The notes under the pieces: model-generated
Told to the model about the DNA's origin: nothing
Database searches by the model: none
Seen by the model: the letters and a program-made list of their open reading frames with translations, nothing else
NCBI GenBank assembly: GCA_041665525.1
Contig: JBAYIS010000003.1
Location: 150,129 to 214,128 of the forward strand
DNA from: Bacteroidota bacterium
GTDB taxonomy: Bacteria; Bacteroidota; Ignavibacteria; UBA10030; UBA8401
Length of the DNA stretch: 64,000 nucleotides
Direction: 5' to 3'
In this document: positions 10,446 through 19,947 of the stretch, one piece after another
Layout: each line of letters begins with the position of its first letter
Numbering within the stretch: position 1 is the stretch's first letter
Made by a program: the position numbers and the translations under genes

Positions 10446-11743
10446 TTGGCCGTTTCTATTTCTCCATAAAGATCATATTCTGTTGCATCAGACACCGTCA
10501 TAGTCACCATGTCGCCGACACGCACGTGTTCAACTGCCGGAAGGAAAACTTCGTTGTCAATCTCCGGTGCATCCCATTCCGTCCGCCCGACGAAACTCCC
10601 CTCCTCCAGCCGCTCAATTACCGCCCGTGTTTTCATGCCGATGCGCGACTCGTTCTTTTCCAGGGAAATCGCACGCTGCACTTCCATCACATACTCTTTC
10701 CGACGCTCTTTTTCCTCCTCCGGGATCGGATCCCCCAGTCCGTACGCAGATGTATCATCCTCCTGCGAGTAGGTAAAAACTCCCAGCCGGTCGAAACGGA
10801 CATCCTTAATGAACTGCACAAGTTCTTCCACATCCGCTTCGGTTTCGTTCGGATAACCGACGATGAGTGTTGTGCGCAGTGCAATGTCCGGTATTGAAGT
10901 CCGGATACGGCCGATCAATTGTTCCGTGGTGCGCCGCGTGATACCGCGCCGCATGGATTTCAACACATTATCCGCCGCATGCTGAATTGGCATGTCAAGG
11001 TAGCGACAGATCTTCGGATTGTCACTAAACGATTGTAATACATCCATCGGAAATTTTGACGGGAATGCATACATCAAACGTATCCATTCCAATCCTTTTA
11101 CCGAGGCAAGAGATGTGAGCAGCGATGAGAGTTTCCGCTCGCCGTACAGGTCCAGACCATAGTAGGTCGTATCCTGTCCGATCACTATCAGTTCCTTCAC
11201 TCCTTTTTCCGCAAGCCGCACTGCTTCATCCATCACCTGCTCAACCGGTTTCGTCTTATGCTTGCCCCGCATTATAGGTATGGCGCAGAAGGAACAGGGG
11301 TTATCACACCCTTCGGAAATCTTTACATATGAAAAATAATTCGGAGTTGAAACGGCGCGCTCGCCGAGCAATTCATATTTGTACTTGCCGCCAAGCGTTT
11401 CCAGTATGTTCGGCAATTCGTTTGTGCCGAAAAAGTTATCGATCTCCGGGATCTCCTTTTGCAGATCGTTCTTATACCGTTCGACAAGGCAGCCCATCAC
11501 ATACACTTTACTCAACTGACCGTAATTCTTCCGTTCAACCGCGGCAAGAATCGTGTCGACCGACTGACGTTTTGCCGCGTCGATGAAACCGCAGGTATTG
11601 ATGATCGCAATATCTGCCTCTTCAATCTTTTCGGTCAGAGAGAAATCATTGTACAAAAGCTGACTGTACAATGCTTCGGAATCGACCGTATTCTTTGCAC
11701 AGCCGAGGGTGATAATATTGATTTTTTGCTGTTGTGTATTCAA
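10442..11743 (-). CDS. rimO: Ribosomal protein S12 methylthiotransferase RimO (radical SAM MTTase)
   Basis: 433 aa. MTTase N-domain (IITLGCAKNTVDSE), radical-SAM CxxxCxxC (CDNPCSFC), and a C-terminal TRAM domain. Confidence 0.85.
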   Translation of the reverse strand: MNTQQQKINIITLGCAKNTVDSEALYSQLLYNDFSLTEKIEEADIAIINTCGFIDAAKRQSVDTILAAVERKNYGQLSKVYVMGCLVERYKNDLQKEIPEIDNFFGTNELPNILETLGGKYKYELLGERAVSTPNYFSYVKISEGCDNPCSFCAIPIMRGKHKTKPVEQVMDEAVRLAEKGVKELIVIGQDTTYYGLDLYGERKLSSLLTSLASVKGLEWIRLMYAFPSKFPMDVLQSFSDNPKICRYLDMPIQHAADNVLKSMRRGITRRTTEQLIGRIRTSIPDIALRTTLIVGYPNETEADVEELVQFIKDVRFDRLGVFTYSQEDDTSAYGLGDPIPEEEKERRKEYVMEVQRAISLEKNESRIGMKTRAVIERLEEGSFVGRTEWDAPEIDNEVFLPAVEHVRVGDMVTMTVSDATEYDLYGEIETAK

Positions 11744-11755
11744 AATAATTTCTTT

Positions 11756-12511
11756 TCAGTATTCTGAAGCCGAATTATATTTTACTAACTTTTCCCAATC
11801 TATCTCCCCATTGGTTTTACAATATTCATTTGCGAAGATTTTCGTAAACTTATTCACCACTCTTGCATAAGATTGATTAAATTCTTCATTTTTTTCTTTT
11901 GCCTTGTAACCCAACGGTTCAATTATCTCAATATACAATGCTCTACTGCCCGAAATAAATTCCCAAAAATTTTCCCCACAATATTTAAAGTAATTTCCTT
12001 TGATTGGATGTTTATCTCTTCCATAACAACAACCATTTACCGAGACGACGTTAATTTTTGAATTACTAGTCCTTAAACTTTTCGTGGCAGCATTGAAATC
12101 GGTGATCATTTTTTTTATTTGACTGCTGTTTCCCCAATTAGGCCCTGATTTTATAGAAACTATATATCTTGAATTATCTTTTTCAAATTCCAAATCAATT
12201 CCAGGCGAAGAGGATTTTTTCCCACCATAAACTTTCCCATTAATAAATATTGCAAGGCCTTCTAACCAATCTCCAAAAATAGCTTCTTCTTGAGAAGACA
12301 AATGTGCATCTACTAAACCCTTCACAATTTGTTCTGATGTTAATACATTTTTCGCTTTATACAAGTACGGATTTTTTCTTTTTAATACGTCCGTAAGTTT
12401 TAATCTATCGAGGCTAAGAATGCGTTTTTCGTGAAAAACTCCAATGTTTTGCTCAACGTACTGTTGAACGTCTTTTAATTTTAGTCTTCCCATATTTTGC
12501 TTTCTTATCAT
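11756..12511 (-). CDS. Putative type II restriction endonuclease (cognate to the adjacent methyltransferase)
   Basis: 251 aa ORF overlapping the 3' end of the methyltransferase gene by about 59 nt, on the same strand, with a matching AT-rich composition. Has a possible PD-(D/E)xK-like element (GIDLEFEK...VSIK). No family is recognised; the call rests on operon context. Confidence 0.4.
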   Translation of the reverse strand: MIRKQNMGRLKLKDVQQYVEQNIGVFHEKRILSLDRLKLTDVLKRKNPYLYKAKNVLTSEQIVKGLVDAHLSSQEEAIFGDWLEGLAIFINGKVYGGKKSSSPGIDLEFEKDNSRYIVSIKSGPNWGNSSQIKKMITDFNAATKSLRTSNSKINVVSVNGCCYGRDKHPIKGNYFKYCGENFWEFISGSRALYIEIIEPLGYKAKEKNEEFNQSYARVVNKFTKIFANEYCKTNGEIDWEKLVKYNSASEY

Positions 12512-13331
12512 GTAATCTAAGTTGCAATGGATTTATTGCTTTGTATATCATTTTGTAATATTCTGGCATAATTTCAATCCCAATAGTTTTTCTGCCCATT
12601 CTATTTGCCACAATGTTTGTTGTACCTGAACCGGCAAATGGATCTAAAACAATATCATTTTCCTTCGTAAACAGTTTGATGAACCATTCAGGTAATTCCT
12701 CTGGGAATGCAGCACTATGATTTTTATTATTACATTCAGTTGCAAGGTGCAATACATTTGTTGGATATGCTTTTTCCCGATTTATCCAATTAGATATTTT
12801 TTTACCAAACCCGCTTCCTACTTTAGAGTTATCTCTTTTTTTATCGGTCTCACTTAAATTTTTGAGTCTTACTTTTGCCCAATCACCCATTGGAACCATG
12901 ACAGTATCTTGATACATGTTGAATTTTTTGTCTTTATTAAACTGCAATAAATGCTCCCAAGAATCTCTAAACCTGTTTGGCCATTTACCAGGGAAACTAT
13001 TTTTCTTGTGCCAAATAAATTCTTCTGTCCAGAGCCAACCTTGTTTTCTCATTGCAATTACAAGTTCCATAACATATGTACTTCTCTCTCCGCTTACCAC
13101 TTTTTCCTTTATATTAAGTACGAAAGTGCCAGTAGGTTTCAGGACTCGCAACAATTGTTCTGAAATGGGTAAAAACCATTCAACGTATTTGTCATGAGAT
13201 ACACCACCATAAGTATTTTTCCTTTGATCAGCATAAGGGGGTGACGTAAATATTAAATCAACAGAATTTGAAGGAATTTTTTTAAGTTCCTCTTTTGCAT
13301 CACCAAGAAAAAGTTTATTGGATTCATTCAT
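12453..13331 (-). CDS. Beta-class DNA methyltransferase, probably N4-cytosine-specific
   Basis: 292 aa. Motif IV is IFTSPPY and precedes motif I (VLDPFAGSGTT), which is the beta-class order. SPPY is typical of m4C methyltransferases. Its start overlaps the cdsA stop (ATGA). Confidence 0.8.
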   Translation of the reverse strand: MNESNKLFLGDAKEELKKIPSNSVDLIFTSPPYADQRKNTYGGVSHDKYVEWFLPISEQLLRVLKPTGTFVLNIKEKVVSGERSTYVMELVIAMRKQGWLWTEEFIWHKKNSFPGKWPNRFRDSWEHLLQFNKDKKFNMYQDTVMVPMGDWAKVRLKNLSETDKKRDNSKVGSGFGKKISNWINREKAYPTNVLHLATECNNKNHSAAFPEELPEWFIKLFTKENDIVLDPFAGSGTTNIVANRMGRKTIGIEIMPEYYKMIYKAINPLQLRLHDKKAKYGKTKIKRRSTVR

Positions 13332-14290
13332 GATAATACTACAAAGTCTATATAAAGGTACAATATCGGTGCAACAAAAATCAAACTGTCGAAACGATCG
13401 AATACTCCGCCATGGCCCGGAATTAAATTTGAAGAATCCTTCACTCCGGCATCCCGTTTCATCAATGATTCAATAAGATCACCGGTTTGACCAAAAATAC
13501 CGATCATGCCGCCGATGATGAGTGCCTGATGGAATTGAAGATAAGGAAGAAAATAGTGATGAAAAGCGATCATCGTCACCATCGCACCGAAAAATCCCCA
13601 AACGGCACCTTCCCAGCTTTTATTGGGACTGACCCGGGGAAATAGTTTATGCTTTCCCATTGAGAGTCCGCCGAAGTACGCCGCCGTGTCGCACATCCAG
13701 ATTGAAACAAAGATCGAAATCACCGTCCAACCTCCCCACGCATATGTCATGGCATGAATGTTCTCATCGGTCCGCATCGATGTTTCCGGTATGAACTGTA
13801 CGGCCATAGAATAAGGGAATTCCGCTCCGAAGAGTTCTCGAATTCCTGTGAGCGCAGCAAGAAACACACCTACATACATCACACCAAAGATGGTGAATCC
13901 AGCGTTTAAAAAGATCGAACCTTTATTCCGAAATAGTTCTATTAACAACACGATCGTCAAAAAAAGAAATTCTACCGTCAGAAACAGCTGCAGTTTCATC
14001 AACAGGGAAATCCCTCCCCGGTCAGCAAAGAACGGGAGAATGAAATTTTGAATCTGCTCATGAAAGAAAGCAAGATGCAGTGCCGACAAGCCGAGCAGTG
14101 CGGGAATCGTTTGAGGATTTGCACCTTTGGCTTTTGCAAGCGTGAAAAATTCTAACAGTGATGCGATACCAATTCCAAGGACCATCAACACAAACAATAG
14201 TCCCCCAAGATAGCTGATGTACAGCATCATCGGAATGCCAATGACGGCAACGGTAACGCGCGGAGCGAGATTTGCAAATTTATTCGGCAT
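13328..14290 (-). CDS. cdsA: Phosphatidate cytidylyltransferase
   Basis: C-terminal CdsA signature SLMKRDAGVKDSSNLIPGHGGVFDRFDSL; polytopic membrane protein. The likely start is the internal Met (MPNKFANL...), although the ORF is open to 14365. Confidence 0.8.
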   Translation of the reverse strand: MPNKFANLAPRVTVAVIGIPMMLYISYLGGLLFVLMVLGIGIASLLEFFTLAKAKGANPQTIPALLGLSALHLAFFHEQIQNFILPFFADRGGISLLMKLQLFLTVEFLFLTIVLLIELFRNKGSIFLNAGFTIFGVMYVGVFLAALTGIRELFGAEFPYSMAVQFIPETSMRTDENIHAMTYAWGGWTVISIFVSIWMCDTAAYFGGLSMGKHKLFPRVSPNKSWEGAVWGFFGAMVTMIAFHHYFLPYLQFHQALIIGGMIGIFGQTGDLIESLMKRDAGVKDSSNLIPGHGGVFDRFDSLIFVAPILYLYIDFVVLS

Positions 14291-14546
14291 GGTAAGAAAT
14301 GAAATCCGCAAGATCCAACGAAGCAAGGACTGAACGCGCCTGCTCCTGTTGGCCAACGGGTACAAACAGTTCCGGAATTTCCTCTGGATGATCGACAGGA
14401 TCGGGATAGAACCACACGGCTTCGATACCGTTCATCTTCAGATTCTTTCCGACAAGGTCCATAGCGAATATTGTTGGCGTCGACAGCAAGCGGATGTGTC
14501 CATCCAGCTGTTTGGGAATTGATTGAGAATCAGTGAATTTAGTCAT
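14280..14546 (-). CDS. Small hypothetical protein (possibly DUF2007-like)
   Basis: 88 aa ORF between the CPBP protease and cdsA with short overlaps at both ends. No diagnostic motif. Confidence 0.3.
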   Translation of the reverse strand: MTKFTDSQSIPKQLDGHIRLLSTPTIFAMDLVGKNLKMNGIEAVWFYPDPVDHPEEIPELFVPVGQQEQARSVLASLDLADFISYHAE

Positions 14547-15468
14547 GCGAGTATTGTCGGTCCTGCACAGTTTCGGTCACCCGAATGTACTGAACAATGA
14601 TGACGAAAAAAATAACGGCAAAGAACATTCCGGAGCCAAGGACCGCAGCTGTGGACGGCTCGCTTTCCGCCGCGATAAAGACTGTCGGCGTCGTGGATTC
14701 GGAATTCCCGAACAGATACACACCTGCCGTGGCGGCGCCGTTATTAATCAGATGCGCTGCGATCGGCAGCAGCAACGTCCGGGAACGATATTGCATAAAA
14801 CTGAAATAGATACCGAGTGCGATCAGTGGAACAATCCAGAAAGGATTTAAATGATAGAGACCAAAGATTGTTCCCGCCAACACATACCCCTTCACATTCC
14901 CGTACGCCAGTGAAAAATTCTTCTGGATCAGTCCGCGAAACATCAGTTCTTCGCACACCGCCGGTGTTATTGCCGCTACCAGGATGACGAACATCATTTC
15001 CGGGAACGTTCGCGTAACAATCAGTATCTGATACGCTTCGTCGATCGCCTGTTTGAGCAAATCCACATATTGCCGAAACATCTCCGGGATCGGTATCAAA
15101 CCTTGCAAAAAAAGATATGTTTCACTCAGTTGCATGAGCACAATCATTCCTGCCAATGCAAGGAACGATTCGGCGAATGTGGGAATTCTCAAGGAAAACG
15201 CCTCTGATATCCGTCCATGTTGCCGTTTGGCAAGGTATAACGTCGGGATCAACAGAAAGAGTATCTGCGAAAGCATCGTTGCAACCCGCGCCGCAGTCAC
15301 ATTGTCCGATGTGATTTGTCCGCCAATGAATAACAGCGTTACTCCGCCGCCGACAAATTGATACAGGACGAACAGAATTGCCAGTGCCGCAAATGCAAAT
15401 CCTGCGGGCTTGTACGTTGTCTGCCGCGGCTGGAATAGTTCTGCCTCGTTCTCAATCACTTCATTCAT
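14539..15468 (-). CDS. CPBP-family intramembrane glutamic endopeptidase (CAAX protease / Abi family)
   Basis: 309 aa membrane protein with the EELMFRG motif (CEELMFRGLIQ) and FGLYHLN. Confidence 0.7.
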   Translation of the reverse strand: MNEVIENEAELFQPRQTTYKPAGFAFAALAILFVLYQFVGGGVTLLFIGGQITSDNVTAARVATMLSQILFLLIPTLYLAKRQHGRISEAFSLRIPTFAESFLALAGMIVLMQLSETYLFLQGLIPIPEMFRQYVDLLKQAIDEAYQILIVTRTFPEMMFVILVAAITPAVCEELMFRGLIQKNFSLAYGNVKGYVLAGTIFGLYHLNPFWIVPLIALGIYFSFMQYRSRTLLLPIAAHLINNGAATAGVYLFGNSESTTPTVFIAAESEPSTAAVLGSGMFFAVIFFVIIVQYIRVTETVQDRQYSHD

Positions 15469-16241
15469 TATTTTTTTGCCTTCAATTCTCCGTTAATTCC
15501 GGAATATTCCTTTAACTCCGCATCGATCGAACCGATAATTACTTTCGTATTTACTTTTACCGGGATTTTCCGTTCATCATCGGACAACCAGATTAAAATC
15601 CGGCCTTCACTTTTAAAGAGTCCCCCCTCCTTCACCATCGGTTCTACAATGATGCAATTGAATGTTCCCGCATCAACCTTCACTTTCTGTTTCCCGAGAT
15701 ATTTAATCTCCAGCGGATTCGTTTTCCCTTTGAAAAAATTATTCAGATGAACGCGCTGCCCCATCTTGAATCCTGTATAGTCGATCGTTCTTGCATAATA
15801 AAAAGCGGACATGATATCGTGCACATACTCCGGAATGGGGAAATCCCCTTCGGCAGTCCGAGCAGTTCGTTTTGGGTGATCAAATATTGCTGTATAATCC
15901 CTGACAAATTTTCCTTCACGGATATGTTGTTCGAATCTCCAGGGAAAGATACCGGCAGAATCAAGATACGTTTCATACCGATCCCGCACTTCAAAGAAAA
16001 AATCGAATGTCGGTGTCGAGCGGACGAGGAATTGAACTTTGAAGGTCGAATTGCCAAGTACTGTATCCATCTGCGGAATGGACATCTCTGCATATCCCGC
16101 CGTGATAATGCCGAAATTCACATCAAATAACAACCGTTCACCAACGCTGAATGCCGTTTGATGTTCTGCTTTTTGGCCGAACATGGTGTGCGACAGCAGG
16201 CCGAAAAGAAAACAGAATACTAATGCGTTAATTTTTTTCAT
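15468..16241 (-). CDS. Secreted hypothetical protein (DUF3108-like)
   Basis: 257 aa with a signal peptide (MKKINALVFCFLFGLLSHTMFGQ). Weak resemblance to DUF3108. Sits in an LPS-related neighbourhood. Confidence 0.4.
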   Translation of the reverse strand: MKKINALVFCFLFGLLSHTMFGQKAEHQTAFSVGERLLFDVNFGIITAGYAEMSIPQMDTVLGNSTFKVQFLVRSTPTFDFFFEVRDRYETYLDSAGIFPWRFEQHIREGKFVRDYTAIFDHPKRTARTAEGDFPIPEYVHDIMSAFYYARTIDYTGFKMGQRVHLNNFFKGKTNPLEIKYLGKQKVKVDAGTFNCIIVEPMVKEGGLFKSEGRILIWLSDDERKIPVKVNTKVIIGSIDAELKEYSGINGELKAKK

Positions 16242-17295
16242 TCAACAATCCCCTGATTGCCGCAACAACATGTTCAACCGTGATCTGTTCCATGCAAACA
16301 TTGGAACGGCACGGAGTACCTTGGCACAATGCACAGGCATTGTTATCAGCCGCAAACACTTTTTTCTTTTTCGTATATGGTCCCCACCGTGCCGGACTGC
16401 ATTGCAGGATCGGCGGATAAAATGCCACAACCGGAGTCCCGACCATCGCCGCGATATGGAGCGGACCGGTGGAATTCGAGACAAAGACACTCGCATGCCT
16501 GAATAATGCTCCCAGTTCTTGCAACGAGAATTCACTGGTATAATTGTACGGTGGATTCTTCATTTTAGCGGCAAGAGAATCTGTCAAGTGCCGCTCATTA
16601 CTGCCGCCGGTCAACACAACCTGCAGTTGAAGTTGCGATTGCAATTCGTCCCCTAATCGGGCGAAATTTTCTATGCTCCAATCCCTGGCCGATCCTCCGC
16701 TTCCAGCGTGGAGTACAGCAAAGCGCCGGACGCCGTCTGCTGATAACTTCTCGTGAACAGCTTTCTCCGTTTCAACGGGAATGGAGAATTCAAATACCGG
16801 TTCACCGTTTGGTGCGATCCCAAGAGTGCTTAACAGATTTACATTATATTCCACTTCGTGACGCTTTGCATCCTTCCGATGTTCATAGATCCTTTTAGTA
16901 AACAGGAAAGAATACCAGCGGAATCCCGTTCCGGCACGCAATGGTATCCTTGCCAGAAATGCGATCAACGAAAGATTGAACCGAGGATATGGAAGTATGG
17001 CAACATCGAATCCTTTCGACCGAAGCAGTGGAACATAGTGCGATATCCCCAGCGATTCATCCCACAGGATGATTTCATCCACGCACGAATGGCGCTCCAC
17101 CAATTCCTTAGTATACGGACGCACCATCATTGTAACGGATGCGTTTGGGAATTGTTTTTTGATCAATGGCAGCATTGGCAGCGACAGCACAACGTCGCCG
17201 ATTCGGTCCGTACGGACGAGCAAGATCTTTTTCACTGATTCGTTTGCAATTCCCATGAACCTCTCTTTAAGGATAATTCCAACACCGAATCGCAT
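16228..17295 (-). CDS. Glycosyltransferase family 9 (LPS heptosyltransferase-like)
   Basis: 355 aa. N-terminal KILLVRTDRIGDVVLSLPMLP is typical of GT9 heptosyltransferases; has a C-terminal Rossmann-like domain. Confidence 0.75.
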   Translation of the reverse strand: MRFGVGIILKERFMGIANESVKKILLVRTDRIGDVVLSLPMLPLIKKQFPNASVTMMVRPYTKELVERHSCVDEIILWDESLGISHYVPLLRSKGFDVAILPYPRFNLSLIAFLARIPLRAGTGFRWYSFLFTKRIYEHRKDAKRHEVEYNVNLLSTLGIAPNGEPVFEFSIPVETEKAVHEKLSADGVRRFAVLHAGSGGSARDWSIENFARLGDELQSQLQLQVVLTGGSNERHLTDSLAAKMKNPPYNYTSEFSLQELGALFRHASVFVSNSTGPLHIAAMVGTPVVAFYPPILQCSPARWGPYTKKKKVFAADNNACALCQGTPCRSNVCMEQITVEHVVAAIRGLLNEKN

Positions 17296-17402
17296 TCAAG
17301 GAACTGAAGATCGGGTCGCTGCAGGATTGGCCTGAACAATGGTCAGGACAGGACATGAAAGAATGGATGAGATGCACGGCAGTGAATGTTCGCATCATAA
17401 AT

Positions 17403-18572
17403 TTACGAAACGAACACTTTCGCGACTTCGATGATCATCGATGGTTTGTTCCACAATGCAGAACGAAATATCCCTCCCAATGTCCTCTTCTCCTCCGGAA
17501 GCTTTAATGCACTGTCACAGATGTCGTTTAATGTATCGTCATGGAACGTTGAGATCGCTTCTTTAATATTATAGAACACCTCATGCCGCCAGCCAAGACG
17601 TTTCTGCCAACGGTGTTGATATTCCCGCAGAAACGGGATGTTGTTGTTCGCAGCCGCTTCGGCAGCAACCTGTCCGCCGATCATTCCGCCGATCATTCCG
17701 GAAATGATTCCCCCGCCCGAGACGGGATTGACCTGATGCGCAGCATCCCCAACCAACAGTACGTTCCCTTTGACGATCTCATCGCAAGTTTTTGCACACG
17801 GAACACCTCCGGCGATATGCGTCAGCATGGCCGCATGGGGAAACCGTTTGTCCACGAATTCATGTAAATATTGGATGGCGGATTTTTTCTTTGCCAACTC
17901 CACGGAAAGTCCTAATCCGACATTCGCCGAATTGTTTCCTTTCGGGAAGACCCACAGATAACCGCCGGGCGAAACGGAATCGCCAAAATAGAATTCCAGC
18001 ACATCCTGATCTACTTCCACTCCGGACAAGGTCATTTGCGCGCAACTTTCCATATCACGGATATGACATGTTGTATTGATGCCGGCCATTTTTCCGATGC
18101 GGGATTCGACACCATCCGCACCGATCACTACTTTCGCTCGGATATCAACTTTTTTATCTTTGATCAATGACCGTACGCCGACTACCGCACCGTTTTCCCG
18201 GAGAAGATCGTAGACGTACGCTTTCGTAATCACCTCGGCTCCTTCGTTCGCTGCAATCTTTGCCAATTCATAATCAAAGATTCTCCGTTCCAGCACATAT
18301 CCGCCGCCATCCAGTTTCGGCATAACGCTCTTCCCGTTCGGTGCGTTCAACCTGAATTTTGTAACGGTTGCTGCAATCCACTTCGGATCCGGCTGGATGA
18401 ATTGCGACACCCCTTCATGACTGACCGCTTCACCGCAGCGGACGGGATAACCAACGTCACGATCTTTTTCAAGCATCAAAACTTTTGCTCCGCCGGCAGC
18501 AGCATAGCGTGCAGCGGTGGAACCTGCGGGTCCTGCACCCACAACGATTATATCATAGTCAAATTGATTCAT
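17403..18572 (-). CDS. Geranylgeranyl reductase-family FAD-dependent oxidoreductase
   Basis: FAD fingerprint DYDIIVVGAGPAGSTAARYAA and the GDAAH motif (LLVGDAAHQVNPVSGGGI). The likely true start is the internal Met (MNQFDYDIIVVGAG), which abuts or overlaps the ferredoxin stop. Confidence 0.75.
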   Translation of the reverse strand: MNQFDYDIIVVGAGPAGSTAARYAAAGGAKVLMLEKDRDVGYPVRCGEAVSHEGVSQFIQPDPKWIAATVTKFRLNAPNGKSVMPKLDGGGYVLERRIFDYELAKIAANEGAEVITKAYVYDLLRENGAVVGVRSLIKDKKVDIRAKVVIGADGVESRIGKMAGINTTCHIRDMESCAQMTLSGVEVDQDVLEFYFGDSVSPGGYLWVFPKGNNSANVGLGLSVELAKKKSAIQYLHEFVDKRFPHAAMLTHIAGGVPCAKTCDEIVKGNVLLVGDAAHQVNPVSGGGIISGMIGGMIGGQVAAEAAANNNIPFLREYQHRWQKRLGWRHEVFYNIKEAISTFHDDTLNDICDSALKLPEEKRTLGGIFRSALWNKPSMIIEVAKVFVS

Positions 18573-18823
18573 TAATAGGTGACCGCTTGGTTTAACATGA
18601 GAGGAGTTTCTTTCGGCAGTTGGTCGACACCATCGCGATGAAATTCGATCACTTCCCAGGGACAAGCCCAAACGCATTTACGGCAATTCGTACAGCGTTC
18701 TTCAATTATCGCAATTTTGGATTCCATCAATTCAATGGCATCTTCGGGACATACGCCCACACAACAGCCGCAATAATCGCATTTGCCCGGAGTAATATGG
18801 ATCATAAGATGTGGTTGCGGCAT
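18572..18823 (-). CDS. 2x[4Fe-4S] ferredoxin
   Basis: 83 aa with two CxxCxxCxxxCP clusters (CDYCGCCVGVCP and CTNCRKCVWACP). Immediately upstream of, and coupled to, the GGR-family gene. Confidence 0.75.
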   Translation of the reverse strand: MPQPHLMIHITPGKCDYCGCCVGVCPEDAIELMESKIAIIEERCTNCRKCVWACPWEVIEFHRDGVDQLPKETPLMLNQAVTY

Positions 18824-19227
18824 CAGTGTATTCCTAATAATTCTACTTCAAAAATCAATGTGGCATCCGGAGGAATCACTCCGCCTGCACCTTGACTTCC
18901 ATAACCCAATTCAGGTGGAATTGTGAATCTGCTTTTCCCGCCGAGTTTCATTGTCGCAACACCGTCATCCCATCCCTGAATCACTTCTCCCACTCCGAAT
19001 TGGTATTGAAACGGTTGTCCCCGATCAACAGAGCTGTCAAATTTTGTACTGTCGGTAAGCCAGCCAGTATAGTGAACAGTGACAATTTGTCCTTGTTTTG
19101 GAGAAGTTCCTTTTCCTTCACTAATTACTTCAACATTAACACCTGATTTGGTCATAAAATTCTTTCTTCCGCAGGATGTGATGAAAACTAACGATAAAAG
19201 AGTAACAAAAATGAGAATTTTTTGCAT
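18823..19227 (-). CDS. FKBP-type peptidyl-prolyl cis-trans isomerase (lipoprotein)
   Basis: 134 aa. Lipobox FITSCG; FKBP core VTVHYTGWL...GQPFQYQFGVGEVIQGWDDGV...LIFEVELLGI. Confidence 0.8.
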   Translation of the reverse strand: MQKILIFVTLLSLVFITSCGRKNFMTKSGVNVEVISEGKGTSPKQGQIVTVHYTGWLTDSTKFDSSVDRGQPFQYQFGVGEVIQGWDDGVATMKLGGKSRFTIPPELGYGSQGAGGVIPPDATLIFEVELLGIH

Positions 19228-19302
19228 TGTGTATTCAGAATTTTATCTAAAATAATGAAAAGATGCCCTACTTCCAAAAACATTTCCGTATCTGCACTGT
19301 TC

Positions 19303-19339
19303 ATTTAAAAAAGAAACTCCATTCGTTCAACGAATGGAG
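19303..19339 (-). terminator. Rho-independent terminator downstream of the HU gene
   Basis: 9-bp stem ctccattcg/cgaatggag with loop ttcaa. On the minus-strand transcript it is followed by a U-tract (revcomp of tcatttaaaaaagaaa). Confidence 0.6.
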
Positions 19340-19366
19340 TTAATATCTACAGCAAAATTTAAAAAA

Positions 19367-19654
19367 TTATTTTTTGCCGAGGATCGCATCTTTTGCAGCT
19401 TTTGCGACTTTGAATTTAACCACTTTCTTTGCAGGAATCTGGATTGTTTCACCAGTTGCAGGATTACGGCCCATTCGTGCCTTACGATCAACAAGCACTA
19501 ATTTTCCAATTCCAGGGATCGTGAACTGATTCACTGACTCTTTATATGCCAATGTTGATAATTCCTCAAAGAACTCTGTAACAACTTTCTTCTTCATTCC
19601 AAATTTGTCGGCAAAATGACTTGCGATTTGCGATTTCGACATTGCTTTTCCCAT
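19367..19654 (-). CDS. hup: HU-family DNA-binding protein
   Basis: 95 aa. HU arm motif RMGRNPATGETIQIPAKKVVKFKVAKA. Confidence 0.85.
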   Translation of the reverse strand: MGKAMSKSQIASHFADKFGMKKKVVTEFFEELSTLAYKESVNQFTIPGIGKLVLVDRKARMGRNPATGETIQIPAKKVVKFKVAKAAKDAILGKK

Positions 19655-19833
19655 ATGAACTCCTATATTTAGTGAATTGGAAATGTTATTTAGTGTAACT
19701 CTCTAATCAACTGTTGTAAATATATATTATTCATAAGGGAGTGTCAATACTTGATGAAAAAAATCTTATTTTATTGGGTTTTTTTGAACAATGTCAAAAA
19801 CTACGCCAAATCATTGAAGATTTTTTTATAAAT

Positions 19834-19866
19834 AAAATGGCGAAATCCATTCAATTTCGCCATTTT
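19834..19866. terminator. Perfect 13-bp inverted repeat hairpin (putative bidirectional terminator)
   Basis: aaaatggcgaaat-ccattca-atttcgccatttt. It has A/T-rich flanks and lies between the 121-aa membrane protein gene and the hup promoter region. Confidence 0.45.
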
Positions 19867-19947
19867 ATTTATCATTATATTATTCACCCATGTTAAAGAG
19901 TAAAACTATGGCGGAAATAATATTTGTAAAAACATTAGTAATTTCGT

